Position numbers and translations under genes: made by a program. A stretch of 64,000 nucleotides of DNA from an uncultured beta proteobacterium (GTDB lineage Bacteria; Pseudomonadota; Gammaproteobacteria; Burkholderiales; SG8-41), in contig CAISJL010000117.1 in the NCBI GenBank assembly GCA_903885665.1, positions 78,607 through 142,606 of the forward strand, in the 5' to 3' direction. Shown here in pieces: positions 1-11,346 of this stretch; the stretch's first letter is position 1; the number at the start of each line of letters is the position of its first letter. A model generated the notes under the pieces. It saw only the letters and a program-made list of their open reading frames with translations, was not told the DNA's origin and did not search any database.

Positions 1-1855
<1,855 letters not shown>

Positions 1856-1858
1856 TTA

Positions 1859-1921
1859 GTGGTAATGGTGGTAATGGTGGTAAAGGTAATAAAGGTGGTA
1901 GTAAGGGTAGTAGCAGTGCAG
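1859..1921. repeat. imperfect triplet-periodic simple repeat (GTG/GTA/ATG/AAG units, GGTAATGGT x2 core)
   Basis: Read directly: gtggtaatggtggtaatggtggtaaaggtaataaaggtggtagtaagggtagtagcagtgcag. The 3-nt periodicity holds over about 60 nt in the leuS/uvrD divergent spacer. Confidence 0.8.
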
Positions 1922-1970
1922 TAATAAGGACAGTAGTCGACCTAGTGTAGATGGCATGGTGTGGATGCGG

Positions 1971-1992
1971 ACTGTATACAGTATAGATTATA
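1971..1992 (-). promoter_or_regulatory. candidate leuS-direction -10 box (perfect TATAAT, 1992..1987 on minus) abutting a perfect 12-bp palindrome ACTGTATACAGT (1971-1982)
   Basis: Both elements read directly. The -35 region is weak (tccgta). The palindrome would sit around the predicted transcription start. Confidence 0.3.
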
Positions 1993-2119
1993 TCCGACAC
2001 CGCACACGCTACGGAATTTGCCGAAATCCAAGCCAGGTTTGGGCGGTTTTAGGGCAAGCCAAGCGCTGCAGTGCTGGTGCAGGCGTATATAATGCGCCAC
2101 TACCTTGAATGTGAACCCT

Positions 2120-4333
2120 ATGACCCCTGCCTTCCTCTCTGGTTTGAACCCCCCGCAACTCGAAGCGGTGACGCTGCCCCATCAATCGGCGTTGATTCTG
2201 GCGGGCGCCGGTAGCGGCAAGACGCGGGTATTGACCACCCGCATGGCTTGGCTGATCCAAACCGGTCAAATTGGCCCTATGGGGTTGTTAGCAGTAACCT
2301 TTACCAATAAGGCTGCTAAGGAAATGCTCATGCGTATGAGTGCGATGTTACCGATTAATACGCGCGGGATGTGGGTGGGTACTTTTCACGGTTTATGTAA
2401 TCGATTATTGCGCGCGCATTATCGCGAAGCGGGGCTGCCGCAGTTGTTTCAGATTCTGGATACCCAAGATCAGCTGGCTTTGATTAAGCGTTTAATGAAG
2501 CGTATGTGTTTGGATGATGAGCGGTATCCGCCGCGCCAAGTGCAGTGGTTTATTGCGGCTAGCAAAGAAGAGGGTAAGCGTGCCAATGGAGTCGAGCCGC
2601 ACGATGATTTCTCACGTCGCATGGTGCCGGTTTATGCCGAGTATGACCTGCAATGTCAGCGCGAAGGAGTGGTGGATTTTGCTGAGTTATTACTACGCTG
2701 CTATGAGTTATTGGCCCGTAACACGGTGTTGCGTGAACATTACGCGAGTCGCTTCCAACACATTTTAGTGGATGAGTTTCAAGACACTAATCGTTTGCAA
2801 TACCGGTGGTTGCAATTACTGGCCGGTCAACACAATGCAATTTTTGCAGTCGGGGATGACGACCAGTCCATTTATGGTTGGCGCGGCGCTTCCACCGCCA
2901 ATATGCAAGATCTACAACGTGACTTTCATGTTCAGAGAGTGATTAAGTTAGAGCAGAACTATCGCTCCCACGGCAATATCTTGGATGCCGCTAATGCGCT
3001 AATTAGCCATAATCGTAAACGCTTGGGCAAGCAGTTATGGACCGCAGATGACAAGGGTGAATTATTGCGGGTCTATGAGGCATCGTCTGATTTCGAAGAG
3101 GCTGCCTATGTCGTATCTGAAGTGCGGCACTTGCGTAATGATGGAGTGTCACTGAGTGATGTGGCTGTGTTGTATCGGGCTAATGCGCAATCGCGGGTGA
3201 TTGAGCACGCTTTATTTACCGCTGGTATTCCTTATCGTGTCTATGGTGGCCTACGCTTCTTTGAGCGCCAGGAGATTAAGCATGCGTTGGCTTATTTACG
3301 ATTAATCAACAATGCCGAAGATGATGGTGCTTTGTTGAGAATTATTAATTTCCCGACGCGGGGTATTGGCAATCGCAGTCTGGAGCATTTGCAATTGGCG
3401 GCACGCACTGCAGGTATCAGTTTGTGGGCGGCGGCTTGCGCCAATACCCTCTCGGGTAAGGCAGCGAGCAGCATTGCGAGCTTTATTCATTTGATCGAGG
3501 CGATGCGTGATGCGACCGCTGATTTGCCACTGCCGGAGGCGATTGCCCATGTGATTTCGCATAGCGGGCTGCACGCGCATTACCAGCAAGAGAAAGAGGG
3601 CGCAGATCGACTAGAGAACTTAGACGAGTTGGTGAATGCCGCTGCAGTGTTTGTCGATGAGCGCAGCACTCGTCTGCCCGCCGAGGGTATGCCTGACGAG
3701 GAGGAGATGAGCGAGCTTGCCGCATTCTTAAGTCATGCTGCACTCGAAGCGGGCGAGCATCAGGCGCTAGCCGGTGCAGACGCCTTGCAGCTGATGACAG
3801 TGCATTCGGCCAAGGGTTTAGAGTTTCATGCGGTATTTGTGATGGGGCTAGAGGAAGGTTTGTTTCCCCACGAAAATAGTATTGCCGAGGGTGATGGCGT
3901 GGAAGAGGAGCGGCGTTTAATGTATGTAGCCGTGACCCGAGCACGCCGTCGCTTATATCTACTGTTGGCGCAAACGCGCATGTTGCACGGCCAAACTCGA
4001 TATAACTTACCCTCGCGTTTTTTCCAAGAGTTGCCTGAGGCTTTATTGCAACGCGTGAATGTGCCGCGGGCGACTGCGGCGGCCAGCGGTGCAGCTTATT
4101 CCCAACCGGTGCCACCGCGGTATGCACGTGGGGCAAGTGCGGCGGCTACAGGTGGATTGGTGGCTCGAGACGCCTTGTGGCGCATGGGTCAGGCGGTCAG
4201 CCATGCCAAGTTTGGGGCAGGGGTGATTGTGCATGCCGAAGGCGTGGGTGCAGATGCTCGAGTGCAGGTCAATTTCAAGGACGGTGGGCTTAAGTGGCTG
4301 ATGCTGGAATACGCAAAGCTCACTGCGATATGA
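2120..4333 (+). CDS. uvrD: ATP-dependent DNA helicase II (UvrD/PcrA family)
   Basis: Walker A LAGAGSGKTRVLT, DEFQDTN, QNYRS, VHSAKGLEF, MYVAVTRAR and a C-terminal HAKFGAGVIV tail. Start set at ATG 2120 because MTPAFLSGLNPPQLEAV aligns with UvrD N-termini. The track start TTG 2105 is also possible. Confidence 0.93.
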   Translation: MTPAFLSGLNPPQLEAVTLPHQSALILAGAGSGKTRVLTTRMAWLIQTGQIGPMGLLAVTFTNKAAKEMLMRMSAMLPINTRGMWVGTFHGLCNRLLRAHYREAGLPQLFQILDTQDQLALIKRLMKRMCLDDERYPPRQVQWFIAASKEEGKRANGVEPHDDFSRRMVPVYAEYDLQCQREGVVDFAELLLRCYELLARNTVLREHYASRFQHILVDEFQDTNRLQYRWLQLLAGQHNAIFAVGDDDQSIYGWRGASTANMQDLQRDFHVQRVIKLEQNYRSHGNILDAANALISHNRKRLGKQLWTADDKGELLRVYEASSDFEEAAYVVSEVRHLRNDGVSLSDVAVLYRANAQSRVIEHALFTAGIPYRVYGGLRFFERQEIKHALAYLRLINNAEDDGALLRIINFPTRGIGNRSLEHLQLAARTAGISLWAAACANTLSGKAASSIASFIHLIEAMRDATADLPLPEAIAHVISHSGLHAHYQQEKEGADRLENLDELVNAAAVFVDERSTRLPAEGMPDEEEMSELAAFLSHAALEAGEHQALAGADALQLMTVHSAKGLEFHAVFVMGLEEGLFPHENSIAEGDGVEEERRLMYVAVTRARRRLYLLLAQTRMLHGQTRYNLPSRFFQELPEALLQRVNVPRATAAASGAAYSQPVPPRYARGASAAATGGLVARDALWRMGQAVSHAKFGAGVIVHAEGVGADARVQVNFKDGGLKWLMLEYAKLTAI

Positions 4334-4357
4334 TTAAAAAACAATAAAATCAATTAG

Positions 4358-5095
4358 TTATCTATTTTCTGGGGGGTCTGATGGCGGGCTGGTGTCCTTT
4401 GTCAGCTCGACTGCTACTTCGGGAAAAATATCTAGATAGCTGGCATAGATTGAGCACACCAGAACCGGTAGCAGGACAAAAAATCCAAGACCCAAGGGAA
4501 TAGTCGCAATGACGATCAACAGCATAGCGGCACAACTATAGACGATCATCGGTAGGGAGTTACGCAGGCAAGCCAGTAGCGACCATTTGAGCGCAGCAAG
4601 TGGCGGGATATTCTTAAAAATCACCAGTAGTGGCGCAAACCAGGTTGCTAAAAGGATGGGGAGCAGTGCGAGACAGCCTAATATAGCGTGCGGTAGGGCG
4701 GCGCGCTTGAGGGTTTCGTCATCTGGTTTGTTGAGGAAGTTGGTGAGTGAAGGGTCATTAATCAGACTGATGATGACGATATTACTAATGAGTGAGATCC
4801 CGCCCAGGGTCATTAGTGCATGGGCATGGGTGTGAAAGGGCGCGAAGAGTTGGCGAAAGCTCGGCTCTTGGTCGCGAGCCGTGCTTTGACAGGCTAGCAT
4901 TAAGCCGCCAAAAAACAGGGGTGAGAGCAGACTAAAGATAAATGGTCCGACTACCGGAACGATCAGTGCAACGCTCCAGATCAATGCCATGACGATAATC
5001 AACGCAATCCAAGTCAGCGGTTGCTTACGGAAGATGCGAAAGCCTTCAGCAAGCCAATGCCAGCCACGAATGGCGGCGACGCTGTGAATATCCAT
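4358..5095 (-). CDS. multi-pass inner-membrane protein of unknown function
   Basis: 245-aa ORF with about 5-6 hydrophobic spans and no catalytic motif recognised. It resembles Burkholderiales BPSS1780-type membrane proteins, from memory only. Confidence 0.6.
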   Translation of the reverse strand: MDIHSVAAIRGWHWLAEGFRIFRKQPLTWIALIIVMALIWSVALIVPVVGPFIFSLLSPLFFGGLMLACQSTARDQEPSFRQLFAPFHTHAHALMTLGGISLISNIVIISLINDPSLTNFLNKPDDETLKRAALPHAILGCLALLPILLATWFAPLLVIFKNIPPLAALKWSLLACLRNSLPMIVYSCAAMLLIVIATIPLGLGFFVLLPVLVCSIYASYLDIFPEVAVELTKDTSPPSDPPENR

Positions 5096-5214
5096 GATCT
5101 AGAGTACGCCTAAAAGGGTGGGTTAATGCGAAAGCATTATAGGCGTTGCTGAGTCGGAATGTTAAGTCTTGTGATGGTTTAGCGTAAAAATAATCGCGAT
5201 GACGGGAATGCAAT

Positions 5215-6156
5215 TTATTGCGGCAAGGGTGGACAGTAGTCGCGTCGCAGTTGCAAGATATTGGCGAAATGTCCAGGGTCTTTGGCATGAGTCAGGGCGC
5301 CGGCGCGTGGCAGGTGCAGATCATAGAGGCGCGAGACCCAGAAGCGCAGTGCCGCGGCGCGCAGTAGCGCTGGCCAAGCGAGATATTCGCTGGCTATAAA
5401 CGGCCGCTCAGAGTGATAGCTTGTGATAAACGCTTGGTAGCGCGCCGGATCTAGTGCGCCGTTGGTATCGATACACCAGTCATTTACAGCAATGGCGACG
5501 TCATAGAGCCAAGCGCCGGTGCAGGCGAAATAGAAATCGATAATGCCTGCGACCTGGTCGCCCTCAAGTAGCACATTGTCACGAAACAGGTCGGCATGAA
5601 TCGCGCCCTGCGGCAAATGTTGCTGTTGAACGCCATCTTGATATTGAATTTCGGCGCGTAGTGTGGCGGCATCCGCAGTTGATAAGAAAGGCAGTAGGTT
5701 GGGGAGCACCGTATGCCACCAGGTGTGCGCTCGTGGATTAGGCATAGTCGCCGGATAGCTGTGACCGGCCAGATGCAAGTGCGCTAAGGCCGCCCCCACG
5801 GCCGCGCATTGTGGGCTTGAGGGGTGGCTGACGTCGGCGCCGCTCAGGCGCGCGACTAGGGCTGCTGGCTTTTGATGGAGCGTGCCCAAATAGGCGCCAG
5901 TACGGTTGGCAATGGGGCGTGCGCTTGGCACGCCGTGTTGCGCCAGATGCGCCATCAGATTCAGGTAGAACGGTAATTCGCTAGCGCTCAGTTTCTCGAA
6001 CAAGGTTAAGACGAATTGACCTTGAGTGGTGGAGGCGAAGTAATTGGTGTTTTCGATGCCGCTGGCAATGCCGCGTAAGTCGGTGAGTGTGCCGACATCA
6101 TAATCAGCGAGCCAAGTGGCCAGCGCTTGGTGGGTAACGGTAGTAAATACGGACAT
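5215..6156 (-). CDS. thrB: homoserine kinase (APH-fold, Pseudomonas type)
   Basis: 313 aa with GIENTNYF, HADLFRDNVL and IDFYFA blocks. Sits in the classic thrB-DUF2782/polA neighbourhood. Confidence 0.88.
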   Translation of the reverse strand: MSVFTTVTHQALATWLADYDVGTLTDLRGIASGIENTNYFASTTQGQFVLTLFEKLSASELPFYLNLMAHLAQHGVPSARPIANRTGAYLGTLHQKPAALVARLSGADVSHPSSPQCAAVGAALAHLHLAGHSYPATMPNPRAHTWWHTVLPNLLPFLSTADAATLRAEIQYQDGVQQQHLPQGAIHADLFRDNVLLEGDQVAGIIDFYFACTGAWLYDVAIAVNDWCIDTNGALDPARYQAFITSYHSERPFIASEYLAWPALLRAAALRFWVSRLYDLHLPRAGALTHAKDPGHFANILQLRRDYCPPLPQ

Positions 6157-6219
6157 TGCGGATAATGAGCTAGGTTCAGTGAGAGGCGTTCAATGGGGAT
6201 TACGCAGGCTAAATCGCGT

Positions 6220-6639
6220 CTAAAAGGTGTGAATGATCCACATGGGTGGGCGCAGTGGGCTACCAGGCCCATTTTGTCTAGAAAAGTTGCCATCGCCCAT
6301 GTCGTCGATCATAAAATAAGGGGTGCCTCCTGGTGGTGTGACCTTAATCATGAACAGTTTGCCACCAATTCGATATTCTTCGACCGTATCGGCGCCGCGT
6401 TTGACAATAGTCACTTCTGGCTCCTGGGAGGAGTCGAGCTCAAAGCCTGGAGGGGGCGGCGGGGGCTCAATCCCGGGTCGAGTTGTGGTGCCTTGTTGAG
6501 CGCTGGCGACACATACCCACAATAGGGTGCATAGGCCTAGCAGGAGAGACCAGCTCGGGCGCGAACTAGGCAATTGTTGGTGGGATAGTTGTGGGGGGGC
6601 TGGGGGGTGCAGCGCGGTGGACGGCGGACTATGCGGCAT
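6220..6639 (-). CDS. DUF2782 domain-containing secreted protein
   Basis: 139 aa with a hydrophobic signal-like segment, a Pro-rich linker and a C-terminal VTIVKRGADTVEEYRIGGKLFMIKVTP block. Divergent from polA, as in many beta- and gammaproteobacteria. Confidence 0.8.
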   Translation of the reverse strand: MPHSPPSTALHPPAPPQLSHQQLPSSRPSWSLLLGLCTLLWVCVASAQQGTTTRPGIEPPPPPPGFELDSSQEPEVTIVKRGADTVEEYRIGGKLFMIKVTPPGGTPYFMIDDMGDGNFSRQNGPGSPLRPPMWIIHTF

Positions 6640-6849
6640 GTTGAGGCTCCTCTAAGCGTGCATTATCCGATGTTCTGCGACTGAATGAAAGGCGAGTCGG
6701 GGGTGAGTCTGCGATAATTCGGCAAGGCGCAAGCCCGCTAATGCTAAATTTACCCCTAACCCTGGCATGCAGATGCTATAGGGGCAAAATCTGCAAATCA
6801 ATCGCAGTTCTATAAAGGATGGTCCGCAGGCAAGGGATGTATACACGAC

Positions 6850-9558
6850 ATGGATACACTATTACTGGTTGATGGTTCCTCTTATTTATATCGGGCTTTT
6901 CATGCGATGCCCGATTTACGCAACAGCGCGGGAGAGCCGACGGGGGCAATTTATGGCGTGGTGAATATGTTGCGACGTCTGCACAAAGACGTCCCGGCGA
7001 CTTACAGTGCGTGTATTTTTGATGCCAAAGGCAAGACCTTTCGCGACGACTTATATCCCCAATACAAGGCGCAACGGGCGGCGATGCCCGATGATTTGGT
7101 ATTGCAAATTGCACCGCTGAAGGCGGCAATTGCTGCTGCGGGTTGGCCGATGCTTGAGGTGGCGGGTGTAGAGGCTGATGATGTGATTGGCACTTTAGCG
7201 CGCGCTGCAGAGGCGATAGGTTTGCGGGTGGTGATTTCAACTGGCGACAAAGATATTGCGCAGTTAGTGACGGCCCAGGTCAGCTTGGTCAATACCATGA
7301 CCAATGAGATATTGGATGTTGCCGGGGTCGAGCGCAAGTTTGGCATCCCGCCCGAGCGTATCGTCGACTACCTCACCTTAATTGGCGACACAGTAGATAA
7401 TGTACCTGGAGTGGCTAAGGTTGGACCCAAGACCGCGCTCAAATGGTTGCATCAATACGGCACTTTGGATGCAGTAATTCAGCACGCCCAAGATATTGGC
7501 GGGGTGGTTGGCGAGAATTTACGCAATAGCTTGGATTGGTTGCCGCAAGCACGCACGTTGTTGACTATACGTTGTGATGTGCCCTTACCTTTAGCGATCC
7601 CTGATTTGCTGCCCCAACCGCAAAACATTGCAGAATTGGCTGCATTATTTACGCGCTTTGACTTTAAAACCTGGCGTCGAGAGCTAGAAGGGGCGGCAAC
7701 TGTAGTTGAGACCGCTGAGTCGTCTGCAATGGTGGCACCGGTGATCGAGTATCCACGTCATTACGAGACGATCACCACGATGGCAGCCTTAGCGTTATTG
7801 ATGGCGCGTATCTATCAAGCGCCTTTGGTTGCTGTGGATACCGAAACCACCAGCTTAATCCCGATGACGGCACAGTTGGTGGGCGTTTCAGTTGCGGTTG
7901 CGCCCGGTGAGGCCGCTTATATACCAGTTGGTCATATTTATGCGGGTGCGCCGGCGCAGCTGCCGGTCGCTGAGGTGTTGTCTGTGCTTAAGCCTTGGCT
8001 AGAGGATTCGCAGTACTTAAAGTTAGGCCAGCACTTTAAATATGATATGCATGTGTTTGCCAATTATGGTGTGTCGGTGGCCGGGCTGGCGCATGATACG
8101 TTGTTGGAGTCTTACGTGCTAGAGAGCCATCAGCGGCACGACATGGATTCCATGGCGAAAAGACTTTTGTCTATAAAAACAATTAGTTATGACGATGTCA
8201 CGGGCACAGGTGCAAGGCGCATCGGGTTCCAGCAAGTTGGAGTTGAGCAGGCTGCTGAATATGCTGCTGAGGACGCGGACATCACCTTACAGTTGCACCA
8301 GGTCATGCAGCCACGGCTCGCGAGTGACGCCCAACTGACGCATATTTACACCGCTATCGAAATGCCCGCAGTCCAGGTGCTCTATACCATGGAGCGTAAT
8401 GGCGTCTTGTTAAACGAGCCCTTGTTGGCCGAGTTATCAGCGGCGTTTGGCGGCAAAATGATTGAGATCGAGGCGCGCGCCCATTCGCTTGCCGGTCAGC
8501 CCTTTAATTTGTCCTCGCCTAAGCAAATTCAGGAAATATTATTCGATCAGCAAGGATTGAAGCCGGTGAAGAAAACGCCCACCGGTGCGCCATCGACGGA
8601 CGAGGAGTCTTTAGCGGAGTTAGCGCTAGACCATCCTTTGCCACAGTTGATTTTGGAATACCGGGGTCTTGCAAAACTCAAATCAACTTACACGGATAAG
8701 TTGCCAAGCATGGTAAACCGACAGACCGGGCGCGTGCATACCAGCTACGGCCAAGCGACGGCAGTGACTGGGCGCCTAGCCAGTAGCGAGCCTAATTTAC
8801 AAAACATTCCGATACGTACGGCTGAGGGGCGGCGGATTCGTGAGGCGTTTATCGCACCTGCTGGTGCGTTGATTGTGTCGGCAGACTATTCACAGATTGA
8901 GTTACGGATCATGGCGCATATCTCGCGTGATGAGAATTTACTGCGCGCTTTTGCTGCCGGTGAGGATATCCATCGCGCTACAGCAGCCGAGATTTTTGGG
9001 ATTGCGCCTGATGCGGTTGATAGTGAACAGCGGCGCTACGCGAAAGTGATTAATTTTGGTTTGATCTATGGCATGTCGGCCTTCGGTTTGGCGCGTCAAC
9101 TGAACCTCGAGCGCGCTGCTGCTCAGCAATACATGGATCGTTACTTTCAGCGTTACCCTGGGGTGGCCGAGTATATGAGAGTGACCCGCGAGCAGGCGCG
9201 CGAGCAAGGTTATGTCGAGACCGTCTTTGGTCGTCGCTTGTGGTTGCCAGAGATTCGTAGCAGTAATGCGGCGCGGCGCCAAGGTGCAGAGCGGGCAGCG
9301 ATTAACGCGCCCATGCAAGGCACTGCGGCAGATCTGATCAAGCTCGCAATGGTGGCGGTTCAGCAGTGGCTAGAGCAGGAGCGCATGCAATCGATCATGA
9401 TTATGCAGGTGCATGATGAATTGGTATTAGAGGTGCCTCAAGCAGAGTTAGCGACAGTGCAAGCTGGCTTACACCGATTAATGACTGGGGTTGCTAGCTT
9501 GGCTGTGCCCTTATTGGTTGAGATTGGCCTGGGGGCGAATTGGGATGAGGCACACTAA
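6850..9558 (+). CDS. polA: DNA polymerase I
   Basis: 902 aa. 5' nuclease N-terminus LLVDGSSYLYRAFHA, 3'-5' exonuclease VAVDTETTSL, and polymerase motifs DYSQIELRIMAH, RRYAKVINFGLIYG and QVHDELV. Confidence 0.97.
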   Translation: MDTLLLVDGSSYLYRAFHAMPDLRNSAGEPTGAIYGVVNMLRRLHKDVPATYSACIFDAKGKTFRDDLYPQYKAQRAAMPDDLVLQIAPLKAAIAAAGWPMLEVAGVEADDVIGTLARAAEAIGLRVVISTGDKDIAQLVTAQVSLVNTMTNEILDVAGVERKFGIPPERIVDYLTLIGDTVDNVPGVAKVGPKTALKWLHQYGTLDAVIQHAQDIGGVVGENLRNSLDWLPQARTLLTIRCDVPLPLAIPDLLPQPQNIAELAALFTRFDFKTWRRELEGAATVVETAESSAMVAPVIEYPRHYETITTMAALALLMARIYQAPLVAVDTETTSLIPMTAQLVGVSVAVAPGEAAYIPVGHIYAGAPAQLPVAEVLSVLKPWLEDSQYLKLGQHFKYDMHVFANYGVSVAGLAHDTLLESYVLESHQRHDMDSMAKRLLSIKTISYDDVTGTGARRIGFQQVGVEQAAEYAAEDADITLQLHQVMQPRLASDAQLTHIYTAIEMPAVQVLYTMERNGVLLNEPLLAELSAAFGGKMIEIEARAHSLAGQPFNLSSPKQIQEILFDQQGLKPVKKTPTGAPSTDEESLAELALDHPLPQLILEYRGLAKLKSTYTDKLPSMVNRQTGRVHTSYGQATAVTGRLASSEPNLQNIPIRTAEGRRIREAFIAPAGALIVSADYSQIELRIMAHISRDENLLRAFAAGEDIHRATAAEIFGIAPDAVDSEQRRYAKVINFGLIYGMSAFGLARQLNLERAAAQQYMDRYFQRYPGVAEYMRVTREQAREQGYVETVFGRRLWLPEIRSSNAARRQGAERAAINAPMQGTAADLIKLAMVAVQQWLEQERMQSIMIMQVHDELVLEVPQAELATVQAGLHRLMTGVASLAVPLLVEIGLGANWDEAH

Positions 9559-9786
9559 GGTACTTTATAAAGCGTGCTGAGATACTGAGGTCTTATCCGT
9601 AGAGCCGTAGTCGTATCCCGCAATTGCTACCCAGCTCAAAGCCGTTTAGGCTAGCCAAAAGCCCGCAGTGCTCACATAATCAGTGGGTAGATGTTGTTCT
9701 ATATAAATAACTATATGATTTTTAAAGAGATTATTTTTAACCGGTTGATGTTTAATGATCTGTAGAAAACCCATGGAGGAGTAGAG

Positions 9787-10761
9787 ATGCTGAATCTAAA
9801 GCGGTTGTTGAGTGTGGTTGGTAGCCTTGTATGCGTAAGCGCAAGTCAGTGGGCGCTAGCCGCTGACCAGTGGCCTACCCGTACGATTCGTTGGATTGTG
9901 CCGTATACCCCAGCCGGTACTACTGACATTTTGGCGCGGATTATGGCGCAGCGCTTGGGCGAGCGTCTGGGACAAACTGTGGTGATTGAGAACCGACCAG
10001 GTGCGGGGAATAATATTGGTACTGAGGCAGCTGTGCGCGCCACTCCCGACGGTTATACATGGTTTTTAGTGAATCCAGCGAATGCGATCAATGCCACTTT
10101 GTATGCGCAACTATCGTTTAACTTCTTGCGGGATATGGCACCAGTGGCAGGTATTGTGAGGGTGCCTAATGTTATGGTGATGACTAAAAATTTCCCAGCA
10201 AAAACGGTTGCAGAATTTATTACCTATGCCAAAGCTAATCCGAACAAAGTCAACTGGGCGTCCTCTGGTAGTGGTACCTCAGTGCATTTGTCCGGTGAGT
10301 TATTCAAGTCGATGACCAATATTAATATGCTGCATGTGCCTTATAAGGGCGCAGGTCCAGCCTTGGTCGATATGATTTCAGGCCAAATGCATGTCATCTT
10401 TGACAATATGCCGTCATCGATTGGTTATATTCGCTCTGGTGAGTTGCGCGCCTTGGGCGTGACTACTGCAAAACGCTCACCGGCATTGCCCGATGTGCCT
10501 ACGGTGATGGAAACTGTGCCTGGTTATGAAGCGAGTGCATGGTTTGGTATGAGTGTGCCCAAAGGCACTCCGGCGGCAATTGTGACGCGTATCAATCGCG
10601 AAGTGAACGAGTCCTTGCAAGAGCCTAAAATGTTGCAACGCTTGGCCGAGTTAGGTGGTGTGCCTTTGATGGGTACGCCGGCTGAATTTTGGGCTGTGCA
10701 TCAAATGGAAACAGAGAAGTGGGCTAAGGTTGTTAAATCATCCGGCGCTAAAGTGCAATAA
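9787..10761 (+). CDS. Bug-family (TctC-like) tripartite tricarboxylate transporter substrate-binding protein
   Basis: 324 aa with a signal peptide and the blocks RPGAGNNIGTEA, SSGSGTSVHLSGELF and HVPYKGAGPA. No TctA/TctB gene is adjacent. Confidence 0.88.
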   Translation: MLNLKRLLSVVGSLVCVSASQWALAADQWPTRTIRWIVPYTPAGTTDILARIMAQRLGERLGQTVVIENRPGAGNNIGTEAAVRATPDGYTWFLVNPANAINATLYAQLSFNFLRDMAPVAGIVRVPNVMVMTKNFPAKTVAEFITYAKANPNKVNWASSGSGTSVHLSGELFKSMTNINMLHVPYKGAGPALVDMISGQMHVIFDNMPSSIGYIRSGELRALGVTTAKRSPALPDVPTVMETVPGYEASAWFGMSVPKGTPAAIVTRINREVNESLQEPKMLQRLAELGGVPLMGTPAEFWAVHQMETEKWAKVVKSSGAKVQ

Positions 10762-10798
10762 GTCGGTAGATTAGATCAAGTCCAGAACTAGGAGTCAT

Positions 10799-11299
10799 GT
10801 GCAGTTTTATAATGGTAGGTTAATCAGTATTATTGGTGTGGTATTGCTCTACGCGGCCTATGCGATTTGGGGCGGGCAAGCGCTTGCCCCAGCCGTGACT
10901 GTGGTGACCTTGCAGGGTGAGTCGGTTGCGTTAAGCGACTTACGTGGCAAAGTGGTATTGCTCAACTTTTGGGCGACTGATTGTCCAGGGTGTATCCAAG
11001 AAATGCCGCAGTTGGTATCAACGTATCAGCAATATCATGCTCAAGGTTTAGAAACTATTGCAGTCGCTATGCGCCATGATCCGCCCAATTATGTATTGAA
11101 CTACACAGCTAAGAACCAGTTACCGTTTAAGGTGGCTCTAGATCCGATGGGCGAGATAGCGCGTGCGTTTGGAGACGTTAAGCTGACTCCAACCACCATT
11201 GTGATTGATAAACAGGGGCGGATGGTCATGCGTATTTTAGGACAGCCCGACTTTGTCAAATTACACCAACTGATTGCGACTAAACTGCAAGAGTCTTAG
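10799..11299 (+). CDS. TlpA-family thiol:disulfide oxidoreductase (membrane-anchored thioredoxin fold)
   Basis: 166 aa from a GTG start. N-terminal TM helix and a WATDCPGC CxxC motif. Confidence 0.82.
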   Translation: MQFYNGRLISIIGVVLLYAAYAIWGGQALAPAVTVVTLQGESVALSDLRGKVVLLNFWATDCPGCIQEMPQLVSTYQQYHAQGLETIAVAMRHDPPNYVLNYTAKNQLPFKVALDPMGEIARAFGDVKLTPTTIVIDKQGRMVMRILGQPDFVKLHQLIATKLQES

Positions 11300-11346
11300 G
11301 TAGAGTTACTGCATCTGTCGGATCTGTTCGCTAGTTTTGTAGACGC

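Noticed and set aside
1960-2104. Canonical LexA (SOS) box upstream of uvrD
   Set aside because: I looked for CTGT-N8-ACAG and found only CTGT-AT-ACAG (2-nt spacer). The next in-register tetranucleotide after N8 is TAGA, not ACAG. No canonical SOS box can therefore be claimed. The palindrome is reported separately as an unexplained element.
3483-4136. 217-aa minus-strand ORF, and several other ORFs of 60-95 aa, lying inside uvrD
   Set aside because: It is entirely antisense to a helicase gene with strong motif support. The product is Arg/Pro/Ser/Ala-rich low-complexity sequence with no motifs, which is typical of a shadow ORF. The same reasoning applies to 6776-7240 and 7002-7346 inside polA, and 8938-9318 inside polA.
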